Positions 1 to 9,274 of a stretch of DNA of 64,000 bases are shown here, piece by piece (within the stretch, counting starts at the first letter, position 1; the number at the start of each line of letters is the position of its first letter). The position numbers were made by a program, and so were the translations under genes. This stretch comes from Syntrophorhabdaceae bacterium (GTDB lineage Bacteria; Desulfobacterota; Syntrophorhabdia; Syntrophorhabdales; Syntrophorhabdaceae). Where the stretch lies: contig OY762209.1 in assembly GCA_963665295.1 (NCBI GenBank), positions 3,424,001 to 3,488,000 on the forward strand, read 5' to 3'. The notes under the pieces are model-generated. The model was not told the DNA's origin. It searched no databases and saw nothing but the letters and a program-made list of their open reading frames with translations.

Positions 1-690
1 ATAGGGCCCGCATGCGAACCTTTTTCATGGAAGGAGAGAGTGGCGACCCTGCCCGCCGTCATCTGGCCCATCGTGATCTTCTGCGTCATGATCGGGGGCC
101 TTATGAAAGGCTTCTTCACCCCTACCGAAGCAGGCAGCGTGGGGACCTTCGCAGTCCTTCTCCTCTGCCTCGTCAAAAAGGACATCAACTTCCAGGGCCT
201 CAAGCGCTCCATCCTGGAGGCGTTACGGACTTCCTGCATGGTGCTCCTCATCGTGGCATCCTCCAGCGTGCTCGGTCACTTCGTGGCAGTGACGAACATA
301 CCGGACATCGTGGCCCAGTGGGTAGTGACTCTTCCCCTTAACCGCCACATCATCATGAGCATCATCTTTATCGTCTACCTCGTAGGAGGGTCGTTCATCG
401 ACGACCTCGCGTTCATGATTCTCGCCACACCCATATTCTTCCCCGCCATACTCTCCATGGGGTACGACCCCATATGGGCATGCATCATGGTCTCCCTCAC
501 CGTCTGCGTGGGCTCCGTGATCCCTCCCGTCGCCATGTGCGTATTCGTGGTGAAGAACATCACGAAGGTGCCTATGAGTATCATCTACTCGGGCGTCTAC
601 CCGTTCCTCATCTCCCTTATCATCTGCATCATACTCTTCTTCATATTCCCGCAGCTGATACTTTATCTGCCGGGAGTGTTTATGTCGTAG
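1..690 (+). CDS. dctM: TRAP transporter large permease, 5'-truncated by the window edge
   Basis: The frame is open from base 1 (IGPACEPFSWKERVATLP...). It contains GFFTPTEAG, GGSFIDDLAFMILATPIFFP and GSVIPPVA, and is closely similar to the C-terminal half of 17253..18554. Confidence 0.93.
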   Translation: MGPACEPFSWKERVATLPAVIWPIVIFCVMIGGLMKGFFTPTEAGSVGTFAVLLLCLVKKDINFQGLKRSILEALRTSCMVLLIVASSSVLGHFVAVTNIPDIVAQWVVTLPLNRHIIMSIIFIVYLVGGSFIDDLAFMILATPIFFPAILSMGYDPIWACIMVSLTVCVGSVIPPVAMCVFVVKNITKVPMSIIYSGVYPFLISLIICIILFFIFPQLILYLPGVFMS

Positions 691-804
691 GCAGGGGGGA
701 CTGTCAAGCGTGTTGCTACTGCGCCCGTCGGGCCCTGATCCGCAAAGATATGGAGATCAGGCGCCCGCGGGCGATTGACTTTGGGTGTGGCGGAGGCTAC
801 CGGA

Positions 805-2388
805 TCAGAGAGTCCTGCCCGATCCTTTCCAGTATTTTTCTCTGAGGGCCCGCCTGAGGATCTTACCGTGCGCACTCTTGGGCAATTCTTTGAGGAATTC
901 GATTGATTGAGGTTTCTTATAGTCTGCGAGCCGGTTTCCGCAGAAATTGATTATATCGGCCTTGGAGATTGTTATCCCTTCTCTCATGACGACGAGGGCT
1001 TTTACGGACTCACCCCACAGGTCGTCGGGCACTCCTATCACCGTCGCCTCGATAATGCCGGGGAATGTGTAAAGGATTTCCTCTATCTCCCTGGGGTATA
1101 TGTTCTTGCCGCCCCGGATAATCATGTCGCCTTTCCGGTTCACGAGATAGAGGTAACCGTCCTTGTCGAACTTGCCGAGATCACCTGTATAGAGCCAGCC
1201 TCCTTTGATCTTGTCCGCCGTCATCCGCGGGAGGTTCCAGTATCCCTTCATGATGGTTTCGGACCTTCCTATGATCTCGCCGACCTTGCCCGGGGCGACG
1301 TCTCTGCCTCTCTCGTCTACGATCCTTATCTCGCAGTCGAGCACGGGCCGTCCCGCCGACGCAAGCCTGGGGGTATGGTCATCCGATCCGTCAGTGATGT
1401 GGTCTTCAGGAGGAAGGACGGTCATGGAGGGACCACTCTCCGTAAGGCCGTAATGTTGCAGGAAACGGACCCCTAAAGGGTGGAAAACCTGGATCGCTGT
1501 CCTGAGTAATTCCAAGGGCATCGGGCCGCCCGCGTAGATAATGAGGCGGAGGCGGGCCAGGTCGAACTTGGAGATATCAAGGCAGCGGATCAAGGCATTT
1601 ATCATGATAGGGATGAACGTCGCGACGGTGACGCATTCCCGTGAAAGGAGGCCGAGAGTGCTTTCCGGGTCAAATTGCTCTCCCCCTATTACCGTCGTAT
1701 TGGGGAAGAGAAAAGATCTTCCAAGGTTGCCTTCGAAAGAGACGTGGTAGAACGGAGTGGTCATGAGTATCCGTTCGTCGTAATAAATCTTCTCCTCCAG
1801 GACCGTGCTGTAGGCGGCGGTGATAATATGCCTGTGGGTTCGCATTGCCCCCATGGGTTGGCCGGTCGGCCCGGATGTGAGGAAGATGCTCATTGTGTCA
1901 TCGTCCTTCACGTTGACCCGGGGTTCGGACGCACTGCCATGAGCAAGAAACTCTTCGTAGTCGAGAAACGGAACCTTTCTTGCCTTTCGAAGCACCGGTT
2001 TCCCGAGGCAGATAAGACAGACCCGTGCCCCTACCCGGTCTCCGACGGAATCGATGAGATCCGTCGAACTCTTTCCAAAGAAGAGAAACCGGGGTGTAGT
2101 GTATTCTATGACGTCAATAAGCTCCTTTTCCTTGAACATGGGGTTAAAAGGGCAAAAGATTGCCCCCGTTTTTGCTGCGGCGAAGTATATCTCAATGAAG
2201 TGGCGGGTATTGGGGAGGAGTACGCCCACGCGGTCGCCCGGCATGAGGCCTTGATGAAGCAAAGAATCCGCCAGGGCGTTGACCCTGTCATTAAGCGCTT
2301 CGTAAGTAACTGAAATGCCATCCTGGCGGATGGCAATATTGGCGGGGAATTTGCGGGCGTTCCTCGTCAGTAAATCTCCTACTATCAC
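805..2388 (-). CDS. AMP-forming acyl-CoA synthetase/ligase (long-chain or aryl type)
   Basis: Motifs YGLTESGP, GWLYTGDLG, RKGDMIIRGGKNIYPREIE and LPKSAHGKILR. The P-loop is degenerate (TSGPTGQPMG). Start moved to GTG 2388 because it follows GGGGAGG and matches the paralog N-terminus (MTIGDLLVRNA). Confidence 0.9.
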   Translation of the reverse strand: MIVGDLLTRNARKFPANIAIRQDGISVTYEALNDRVNALADSLLHQGLMPGDRVGVLLPNTRHFIEIYFAAAKTGAIFCPFNPMFKEKELIDVIEYTTPRFLFFGKSSTDLIDSVGDRVGARVCLICLGKPVLRKARKVPFLDYEEFLAHGSASEPRVNVKDDDTMSIFLTSGPTGQPMGAMRTHRHIITAAYSTVLEEKIYYDERILMTTPFYHVSFEGNLGRSFLFPNTTVIGGEQFDPESTLGLLSRECVTVATFIPIMINALIRCLDISKFDLARLRLIIYAGGPMPLELLRTAIQVFHPLGVRFLQHYGLTESGPSMTVLPPEDHITDGSDDHTPRLASAGRPVLDCEIRIVDERGRDVAPGKVGEIIGRSETIMKGYWNLPRMTADKIKGGWLYTGDLGKFDKDGYLYLVNRKGDMIIRGGKNIYPREIEEILYTFPGIIEATVIGVPDDLWGESVKALVVMREGITISKADIINFCGNRLADYKKPQSIEFLKELPKSAHGKILRRALREKYWKGSGRTL

Positions 2389-2645
2389 TATGCCTCCCCG
2401 GGCCCTTGGGAGCCCGTCATCATCAAAGCAATTCATATGCCATGTTGCGAATTACGGGGTGTAGGGGAAATACGTCAAGCCTATAGGGTATCAGTGAGTT
2501 TAGCCTTGGCGCTTCGTGCTATAGGAAGGGATACAACCATGTACTGAAAAGAATCAGACGTATCATAATTATACAGTTAAGGACTGAAAGATTACGTGAT
2601 TCCGGACCCCGTGTTCCATGTGCGAAATGACATCCGGCGGTCCGG

Positions 2646-3242
2646 TTATTTGAGGATGCCCGCGAGAACGATGTTTCTGTAAGTCAACGCAAACTGAACG
2701 CCGTCGATATTGTCATAGTTGCCGTACCACTCCAGAAGGCTGCCGTCGTGGATGGCGTTTATGGCATGGGCTGCGAGATCGATGTCGATGTCATCCTTTA
2801 CGACGTCCTCCTTCCTGCCCAGTTCGAGGAGTCTCCTGTAAAAGGCGCGGTGTTTCTCTTTTATGGCCCGGATCTTCTCCTCTATCTTTGTTCCACTGCC
2901 CACCATCTCGGCGGCGATGGTCGTGAAGCCAACGCAGAGATCCTTGTTATTGAGTGCGAATTCGGTAGCATACTTATGGCTGTACTTGATCTTGGAGAGG
3001 AAGCCCCCTTTCGCGCGCAATACCGATTCCATGTGTTGATCCACAAACAGGAGTTCATATCGCTCTACAATGGTTTCAAGGAGTTCGTCTTTGCTTGCGA
3101 AGTGCCAGTAGAACGCCCCCTTGCTCACACCCACGGCATCTGTGATGTCGCTGATGGTGGTGGCGTTAAAGCCTTTGCGAAGAAAGAGTTTTATGCCTTC
3201 GCTTATTATTCCTTCCCGTTTTGGCGCCTTCTCGTTTCTCAT
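2646..3242 (-). CDS. TetR/AcrR family transcriptional regulator
   Basis: N-terminal HTH LFLRKGFNATTISDITDAVGVSKGAFYWHFASKDELL; 198 aa. Confidence 0.95.
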   Translation of the reverse strand: MRNEKAPKREGIISEGIKLFLRKGFNATTISDITDAVGVSKGAFYWHFASKDELLETIVERYELLFVDQHMESVLRAKGGFLSKIKYSHKYATEFALNNKDLCVGFTTIAAEMVGSGTKIEEKIRAIKEKHRAFYRRLLELGRKEDVVKDDIDIDLAAHAINAIHDGSLLEWYGNYDNIDGVQFALTYRNIVLAGILK

Positions 3243-3262
3243 TTCCCTGTTCTCCCGGGAGC

Positions 3263-3282
3263 TAAACCGACCGGTTAGTTAA
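3263..3282 (-). promoter_or_regulatory. Putative TetR operator 1 (autoregulation)
   Basis: The minus strand reads TTAACTAACCGGTCGGTTTA, an imperfect palindrome between the tetR promoter (TTGACA at 3320-3315) and the start codon. It matches 3603-3622 at 17/20 positions. Confidence 0.7.
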
Positions 3283-3575
3283 GACGGTAAGCTTTTAGCA
3301 CGACCTAAAATGGTTGTCAAGAAAAAAAGCGAGACAATTTGCCTGACAGAATGGTGCGATCGGGCGCCGTGAAGTGTTCTCCCTGTTATGTAAGGAAAGG
3401 GAATGGCTGTATCCTATTTATACACCGGTATACATATGGCCCAGGGAGCTGAACAAAAAAAGAACGTTATTTCTGAGTGTTACAGGCCTGCACTCCATGG
3501 TATGCATATTGCAATTCTCCCTACAGGTGACCGAAAGTGTACAGATACAGGATTTCATGTGTGCGACAAAGAGTA

Positions 3576-3625
3576 TTGACAAAGTCAGCACATTTTGGTT
3601 TATTAACTAAACGGTAGGTTAATAA
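3576..3625 (+). promoter_or_regulatory. Sigma70-like promoter of the etf/hdr operon with overlapping putative TetR operator 2
   Basis: TTGACA at 3576-3581 and an AT-rich -10 near 3599-3606. Inverted repeat TTATTAAC-N10-GTTAATAA at 3600-3625. Confidence 0.7.
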
Positions 3626-3673
3626 GGCAACGATGTATGGGTTACAGAAAGCCTTTATACGAGGTGTAAATAT

Positions 3674-4768
3674 ATGGTTAGTCAAAGCCAGACCAGGGTA
3701 TTAACCTGCATCCAGTGTGGAAAATGCACAGGGGGCTGCCCTGAATCGGGACGAACTCCTTTCAATGTCCGTATGCTCGTAAGAAAAACACAATTCAAGC
3801 AGGCCATAAACGAATCACTTCCCTGGTATTGTACTTCCTGCGGGGCTTGCACACTCAGATGTCCCCGGGACATAAAGCCTTCCGAAGTGGTTATCGAACT
3901 GCGGTCCGCCTTTGTCGAGGACGGAGAGATACCCGTGTCTATCCAGAAGGCCCTGGAAAACACCTTTGTCCAGAAGAACCCTTGGGGGCGTTCGCGGGCG
4001 AAGAGGGGCGCATGGGCGGATAAGCTCGATTTCGAGGTACCTCACGTCAGCGAGACGAAGTCAAAAAGGCTGCTCTTTACATGCTGCATACAGGCTTATG
4101 ATCCCCGCTGCATGGTCATACCGGCGAATGTGGCGCGGTTGCTCAACCGCGGAGGTTTCGAATTCGGAGTCCTTGGTGAAGAAGAGGCTTGCTGCGGTAA
4201 CGAGATAAGGCGTATCGGCGAGTCGGGTCTTTTTGAAGAACTTCAGGAAGAAAACATTGCAACCTTTCAGGAATATGGGGTAGAGGAGATTATCGCCCTG
4301 TCGCCCCACTGCATGAATACCCTGAAAAAGGAATACGGAGAACTGGGGATAAAGGTATCTCACTATACGGAGATTGTGGCGCGCATGATCCGGGAAGGGT
4401 CCATCGTCCCGAAGGCGCCTTATGAGAAGAAAGTGATATACCATGATCCCTGCTTTCTCGGCAAACAGAACGGTGTCTTTGATGAACCGAGGAGTATCCT
4501 TACGGCAATAGACGGTCTTGACCTCCTTGAGTTTTCAAGGGCGAGGGAAATATCCCTGTGCTGTGAGGGGGGAGGGGGAAGGATGTTTTATGAGGCTGAA
4601 ACAACGTATGAAAGAAACAGCGAGGTAAGGGTGTCGGAGGCGTTGGAAAAAGGGGCGGAAATAATCGCGACGAGTTGCCCCTTCTGTGTGATGACTCTCG
4701 AGGACCCGGCCACCGAGAAAGGATTGCTGGTACGGGAAATATCCGAGATACTTACGGAGGTTTTATAA
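3674..4768 (+). CDS. Soluble HdrD/GlpC-like Fe-S oxidoreductase (2x[4Fe-4S] plus CCG domains)
   Basis: CIQCGKCTGGCP, CTSCGACTLRCP, ACCGN, HDPCFLG, CCEGGGG and SCPFC. No transmembrane segment is evident. Confidence 0.9.
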   Translation: MVSQSQTRVLTCIQCGKCTGGCPESGRTPFNVRMLVRKTQFKQAINESLPWYCTSCGACTLRCPRDIKPSEVVIELRSAFVEDGEIPVSIQKALENTFVQKNPWGRSRAKRGAWADKLDFEVPHVSETKSKRLLFTCCIQAYDPRCMVIPANVARLLNRGGFEFGVLGEEEACCGNEIRRIGESGLFEELQEENIATFQEYGVEEIIALSPHCMNTLKKEYGELGIKVSHYTEIVARMIREGSIVPKAPYEKKVIYHDPCFLGKQNGVFDEPRSILTAIDGLDLLEFSRAREISLCCEGGGGRMFYEAETTYERNSEVRVSEALEKGAEIIATSCPFCVMTLEDPATEKGLLVREISEILTEVL

Positions 4769-4769
4769 T

Positions 4770-5549
4770 ATGAATCTATTAGTGTTCACGAAAAGAGTAC
4801 CTGCTACCCAGGAAGAGGAAATACGGATTATTGATGACGGCAAGGGAATCGATCTCTCGAAAGTGCCGTTCAAGGTGAACGACTGGGACAATTATTCTGT
4901 TGAAGCGGCTGTCCAGATCGCGGAGAAGACCGGAGGTTCCGTAACGGCCGTCTCCATAGGAGATGCGGAATCCGACGAAGTTCTGAGACGGGCCATCGCC
5001 ATGGGCGCAAAGGACGGGTCCCTCATTGAGGTGGAGAAGGTCCTCCATGATCCGGGCGCAAGGGCGACCCTGGCGCACAACTTCCTGAAGAAGGAAAACA
5101 TACCTTTCGACATGATCTTCACGGGGGTACAGTCCGAAGACGATCAGTTTGCTGCTGTCGGCGGCATTCTTGCCGCGAAACTGGGCCTGCCTTATGTCTC
5201 CATGGTCATTGGTATCGACGCCGTTGAAAAGGACCATGCGATTTTGAGAAGGGAACTCGAAGGAGGGCTTCAGGAACGGGTCAAAGTGACGCTGCCTGCG
5301 ATTCTTTCCATTCAGAGCGGGATTAACGAACCACGCTATGTCTCCATTATGGGCGTGAGGAAAGCGTCCAAGGTGGAGCGAAAGTTCTACAAGGCGAAAG
5401 AGTATGAAGATGGGCTCCAGAGCCTTATTGAAGTCGCGAAATGGGTTTACCCTCCGAAGAAGGGAGGGGCGCAAATGCTGGCGGGCGAACTCGACGTGGT
5501 GTGCAAAGACCTGCTTGGAATTCTGAAAGAAAAGGGGGTATGGCAATGA
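4770..5549 (+). CDS. etfB: Electron transfer flavoprotein beta subunit
   Basis: KRVPA, NDWDNYSVEAA, LRRAIAMGA, RRELEGG, GINEPRY. Confidence 0.95.
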   Translation: MNLLVFTKRVPATQEEEIRIIDDGKGIDLSKVPFKVNDWDNYSVEAAVQIAEKTGGSVTAVSIGDAESDEVLRRAIAMGAKDGSLIEVEKVLHDPGARATLAHNFLKKENIPFDMIFTGVQSEDDQFAAVGGILAAKLGLPYVSMVIGIDAVEKDHAILRRELEGGLQERVKVTLPAILSIQSGINEPRYVSIMGVRKASKVERKFYKAKEYEDGLQSLIEVAKWVYPPKKGGAQMLAGELDVVCKDLLGILKEKGVWQ

Positions 5550-6484
5550 GCTATGCACTGGTTGTGGCCGAAGTAAGGCGTGGTGTTTTCGAAGAGAGAA
5601 ACCTGGATGCCATCGGTATCAGCAACGTCCTCGAAAAGGACAGTGTTCTCCTCATCCCCGAAGGCACTTACGATGTCAACAGGAAACTGATCAATTCCAT
5701 GGTGAACGTGAAGGTGGCGGAGGAAATATTCCTCAACCCCCTGAATATGGTTGATGTGATAAAGAAGGTCATGGATTCGAAGGGCAAACCGGACACGATA
5801 GTCTTTACGCATTCATCGGCCGGCACGGACCTTGCCTCCTATGTGGCGGGATGGTTCAACTTGCCCCTCATTACGGATGTGAACGGATTCGACAAGGAAC
5901 GGGGTATCTTTTACAAGAGCTATTACTCCGACAAGATATTCGGCGAATTTAAGACCCTCGCTGAAGGCCCCTTCGCGGTGACGGTGCGGAGTGGAAGCTT
6001 CAAGGACTTCGCTCTTGAAAAAGGTCAGTCCGCCGCGGAAGAAACGCTGGACGGCATCGCGGTGAGCGAGTCGAGGACCTTCGTGGGCTATGTGGAAGAA
6101 GAAAAGACGGAGATCGATATCACCAAGGCGGAATTCCTCCTGTCGGTGGGAAGAGGCATAGGAAACAAGGATGAGATACCTGACTACGAAGAACTGGCTG
6201 CGCTCTTAAGAGCGGTCCTTTCAGGGTCGAGGCCGGTGATCGACAAGACATGGCTCCCCAAGGCGAGACAGGTAGGAACGTCGGGGAAGACGGTCAAACC
6301 CAAGGTCTACCTGGCCATGGGTATAAGCGGCGCGTTTCAGCATATTGCGGGCATGAAGGACTCGGATTGTATCATCGCGGTGAACAAAGACCCGGAAGCG
6401 CCCATTTTCCAGTATGCCCATTATGGCATTGTGGGAGATATGCATAAGGTCCGGGACAAACTGAAAGACATAGTAAAGGGATGA
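5546..6484 (+). CDS. etfA: Electron transfer flavoprotein alpha subunit
   Basis: SRPVIDKTW, QVGTSGKTVKPKVYLAMGISGAFQHIAGM, AVNKDPEAPIF. ATG 5546 overlaps the etfB stop (ATGA). Confidence 0.95.
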   Translation: MSYALVVAEVRRGVFEERNLDAIGISNVLEKDSVLLIPEGTYDVNRKLINSMVNVKVAEEIFLNPLNMVDVIKKVMDSKGKPDTIVFTHSSAGTDLASYVAGWFNLPLITDVNGFDKERGIFYKSYYSDKIFGEFKTLAEGPFAVTVRSGSFKDFALEKGQSAAEETLDGIAVSESRTFVGYVEEEKTEIDITKAEFLLSVGRGIGNKDEIPDYEELAALLRAVLSGSRPVIDKTWLPKARQVGTSGKTVKPKVYLAMGISGAFQHIAGMKDSDCIIAVNKDPEAPIFQYAHYGIVGDMHKVRDKLKDIVKG

Positions 6485-9195
6485 TGACGGAACAGGAAGA
6501 AAAGGTAAAACGGGTTCTCGTAGTGGGCGGGGGAATAGGCGGCATCACTGCCGCCCTTGAGATCGCGTCATGCGGCGTGGACGTGACCATGCTCGAAGAG
6601 GGGCCCTCCATAGGCGGAAGGATGATCCAACTGGACAAGACCTTCCCCACCCTTGACTGCTCGACTTGCACTCTTTCGCCAAAGATGGTGGAGGTGGCTC
6701 TCCAGAAGAAGATAGAACTTCTCTCGTGGGCAAAGCCGGTGGCGGTCAGGAAAGAAGGCAAGGGCTTTGCGGTCACGGTTCTCAAGAAATCACGCTATGT
6801 GGACATAAGCAAGTGCACTGCCTGCGGAAGTTGTTCTCCGTGGTGCCCCGTAGTGATGAAGAGCGAGTTCAACATGGGCACCGGCCCGAGAAAAGCGGTC
6901 TATATTCCCTTTCCACAGGCCATACCCAACAAGGCGAGTATCGACAAGCGGGAAGACAGGCCCTGCAAAGCTGCATGTGTCGATGCGTGCCCCGTACGCA
7001 CTAACGTGCTCGGATACCTGAAACATATCAGTGAGGGAAGGTTCAGCGACGCTTACATGCTGATCAGAGAAACAAATCCTTTCCCCTCGGCTTGCGGCAG
7101 GGTGTGCTATGCGCCTTGCGAAAAGGTGTGTAACAGGGGGCAGATGGACGACCCCCTGGCGATCCGCGATCTTAAGCGGTTTGCCGTTGACTCCTTTGAC
7201 CCCGCTTCCCTGGAGACGCCCCAGGTGCAAGGAACGGAACGGAAAGTGGCGGTTATCGGCGCGGGGCCGGCAGGGCTCGCGTGCGCCCACGATCTTGCCA
7301 TGGAAGGGCATGACGTGACGGTTTACGAGGCACTCCCCGAGCCGGGCGGGATGCTCCGGTACGCAATTCCGGAATACCGTCTGCCGAAGGCGGAACTGAG
7401 GGCGGAGATCGGTTTCATCGAGAGACTCGGGGTTACGATTAAATGTGGTGTGGAGATCGGCAAAGAGGTGACCCTCGATGTCTTGAAGAGTGATTACGAA
7501 GCGGTGTTTATCGGTACCGGCGCTCCGAAGGGGCTGGGGCTCGGCGTGGAAGGAGAAGACCTTGCCGGCATAATGGACGGCATCAGGTTCCTCCGGGCGA
7601 TAAATACGGGCGAGACAATAGCGATAGGAAAGCATGTGGCCGTCATCGGCGGAGGCAATACCGCGGTGGACTGCGCGAGGACTGCAAAGCGACTTGGCAG
7701 CGAGTCGGTGAAGCTCGTTTACCGTCGTACTCGCGAGGAAATGCCTGCCGCGGACGAGGAGATAGAAGCCCTTCTGCATGAGGGAGTGGAGATCGAGTTT
7801 CTTTCAGCCCCGGTGTGTTTTTTCGGCACGAACGGCAAGCTGGCTGAGATGGAATGTATTCGCATGGAGTTGGGAGACGCGGATTCGAGTGGAAGAAGAC
7901 GTCCGGTTCCCGTCAAAGGCTCAGAGTTCAAATTGCCTGTCGACAGCGTCATCACCGCCCTCGGGCAGGCAACGGATACGTCTTTTACCGGTACTGCCGG
8001 GGTGTCGCTCGGTAAAGGCGACACTATCGTGATTGATGCCGCCACGGGAGCCACCAATATTGAGGGCATTTTTGCCGGGGGTGATGTGACTACAGGGCCT
8101 GCCTATGTGGTCGATGCGATCGCCGCGGGAAAAAAGGGCGCCCGCTCCATAAGCAAGTACCTTAAAGGGGAACCGGTGACTGCCGAGGAGGCCGGGCAAA
8201 AGCCGGAACAGCTTTCAGAGACGGAGTTGGCTGTGGTGGTGAAAAGATTTCCGAAGGCAGAACGGCTCGCCATGCCCGAGGAGCCTGTCGAAGAGAGGGT
8301 GACTGATTTTCGTGAAGTGGCGACGGGCTACCGGCCGGAGGACGCAATGAAGGAGGCGTCCCGTTGCCTTGCAGGGCAGATCGAGGGATGCATCCAGTGT
8401 GGAGAGTGCGAGAGGCGTTGCGAGGTAAATGCCGTGCATTACGACATGGAGAATGAGATCGTGGAGATGGCCTTTGACAGCATAGTCCTTGCGCCCGGAT
8501 TCGACCTCTATGATCCGACGGAGAAGAGGGAATATGGTTATGGCGTTCTTGAGGGCGTGATAAGCGGAATAGAGTTCGAAAGGATCTGCTCGGTTACAGG
8601 ACCCACAGGTGGAGATATTCTTGTGAATGGAAAGACGCCGAAGCGGTTCTTCTTCATTCAATGCGTAGGATCGAGAGACCGTCAGAGCGGGGCCCGTTAC
8701 TGTTCCAGGGTATGCTGCATGTACACCGCGAAGCACGCAAGCATTGTGAAAGACAGGATCGCCGGAGCGGAGATATATGTTTCATATATCGATGTGAGGG
8801 CCTACGGCAAAAACTATGAAGAGTTCTATAAGAGCACGCAGGAAAGCGGTACGTATTATATAAGGGGAATTCCGGGAGAGGTATCTAAAGGAGAAAACGG
8901 GCTCATAGTGAGGGTGGAGGACATGCTGAGCGGCGAACTGCGTGAGGTTGAGGCGGACCTCGTTATACTCGCCACAGGGGTGAGGCCGCGTAAGCAAACC
9001 GCGGAACTCTGCGATATAATGTCCATCGAGAGAGATGAGTACGGATTTATCAAGGTAGATTCCGTGAGCCCTTCAAAGACGAACGTGGACGGTATTTTTG
9101 TGTGCGGCATGGCTTCCGGGCCCAAGGACGTACCCGATACCGTTGCCTCGGGCGGAGAGGCCGCGTCACGGTGCATGGAGTATATAAGCGAATGA
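6481..9195 (+). CDS. HdrA-like flavoprotein with an inserted GltD/NfnB-type FAD/NAD(P)/Fe-S domain (HdrL-type)
   Basis: HdrA motifs GGRMIQLDKTFPTLDCS, IQCVGSRD, CSRVCCMYTAK and GPKDV. The insert carries ACPV...CGRVCYAPCE, GAGPAGL, GGGNTAVDCAR and YRRTREEMPA. Confidence 0.9.
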   Translation: MMTEQEEKVKRVLVVGGGIGGITAALEIASCGVDVTMLEEGPSIGGRMIQLDKTFPTLDCSTCTLSPKMVEVALQKKIELLSWAKPVAVRKEGKGFAVTVLKKSRYVDISKCTACGSCSPWCPVVMKSEFNMGTGPRKAVYIPFPQAIPNKASIDKREDRPCKAACVDACPVRTNVLGYLKHISEGRFSDAYMLIRETNPFPSACGRVCYAPCEKVCNRGQMDDPLAIRDLKRFAVDSFDPASLETPQVQGTERKVAVIGAGPAGLACAHDLAMEGHDVTVYEALPEPGGMLRYAIPEYRLPKAELRAEIGFIERLGVTIKCGVEIGKEVTLDVLKSDYEAVFIGTGAPKGLGLGVEGEDLAGIMDGIRFLRAINTGETIAIGKHVAVIGGGNTAVDCARTAKRLGSESVKLVYRRTREEMPAADEEIEALLHEGVEIEFLSAPVCFFGTNGKLAEMECIRMELGDADSSGRRRPVPVKGSEFKLPVDSVITALGQATDTSFTGTAGVSLGKGDTIVIDAATGATNIEGIFAGGDVTTGPAYVVDAIAAGKKGARSISKYLKGEPVTAEEAGQKPEQLSETELAVVVKRFPKAERLAMPEEPVEERVTDFREVATGYRPEDAMKEASRCLAGQIEGCIQCGECERRCEVNAVHYDMENEIVEMAFDSIVLAPGFDLYDPTEKREYGYGVLEGVISGIEFERICSVTGPTGGDILVNGKTPKRFFFIQCVGSRDRQSGARYCSRVCCMYTAKHASIVKDRIAGAEIYVSYIDVRAYGKNYEEFYKSTQESGTYYIRGIPGEVSKGENGLIVRVEDMLSGELREVEADLVILATGVRPRKQTAELCDIMSIERDEYGFIKVDSVSPSKTNVDGIFVCGMASGPKDVPDTVASGGEAASRCMEYISE

Positions 9196-9274
9196 CAGGC
9201 AACGAACTCTTAAAACATCATAGGCCCATTGTGACGCATTGGACCTATAGAACCAATCAGGCGGGGAACTTAAC

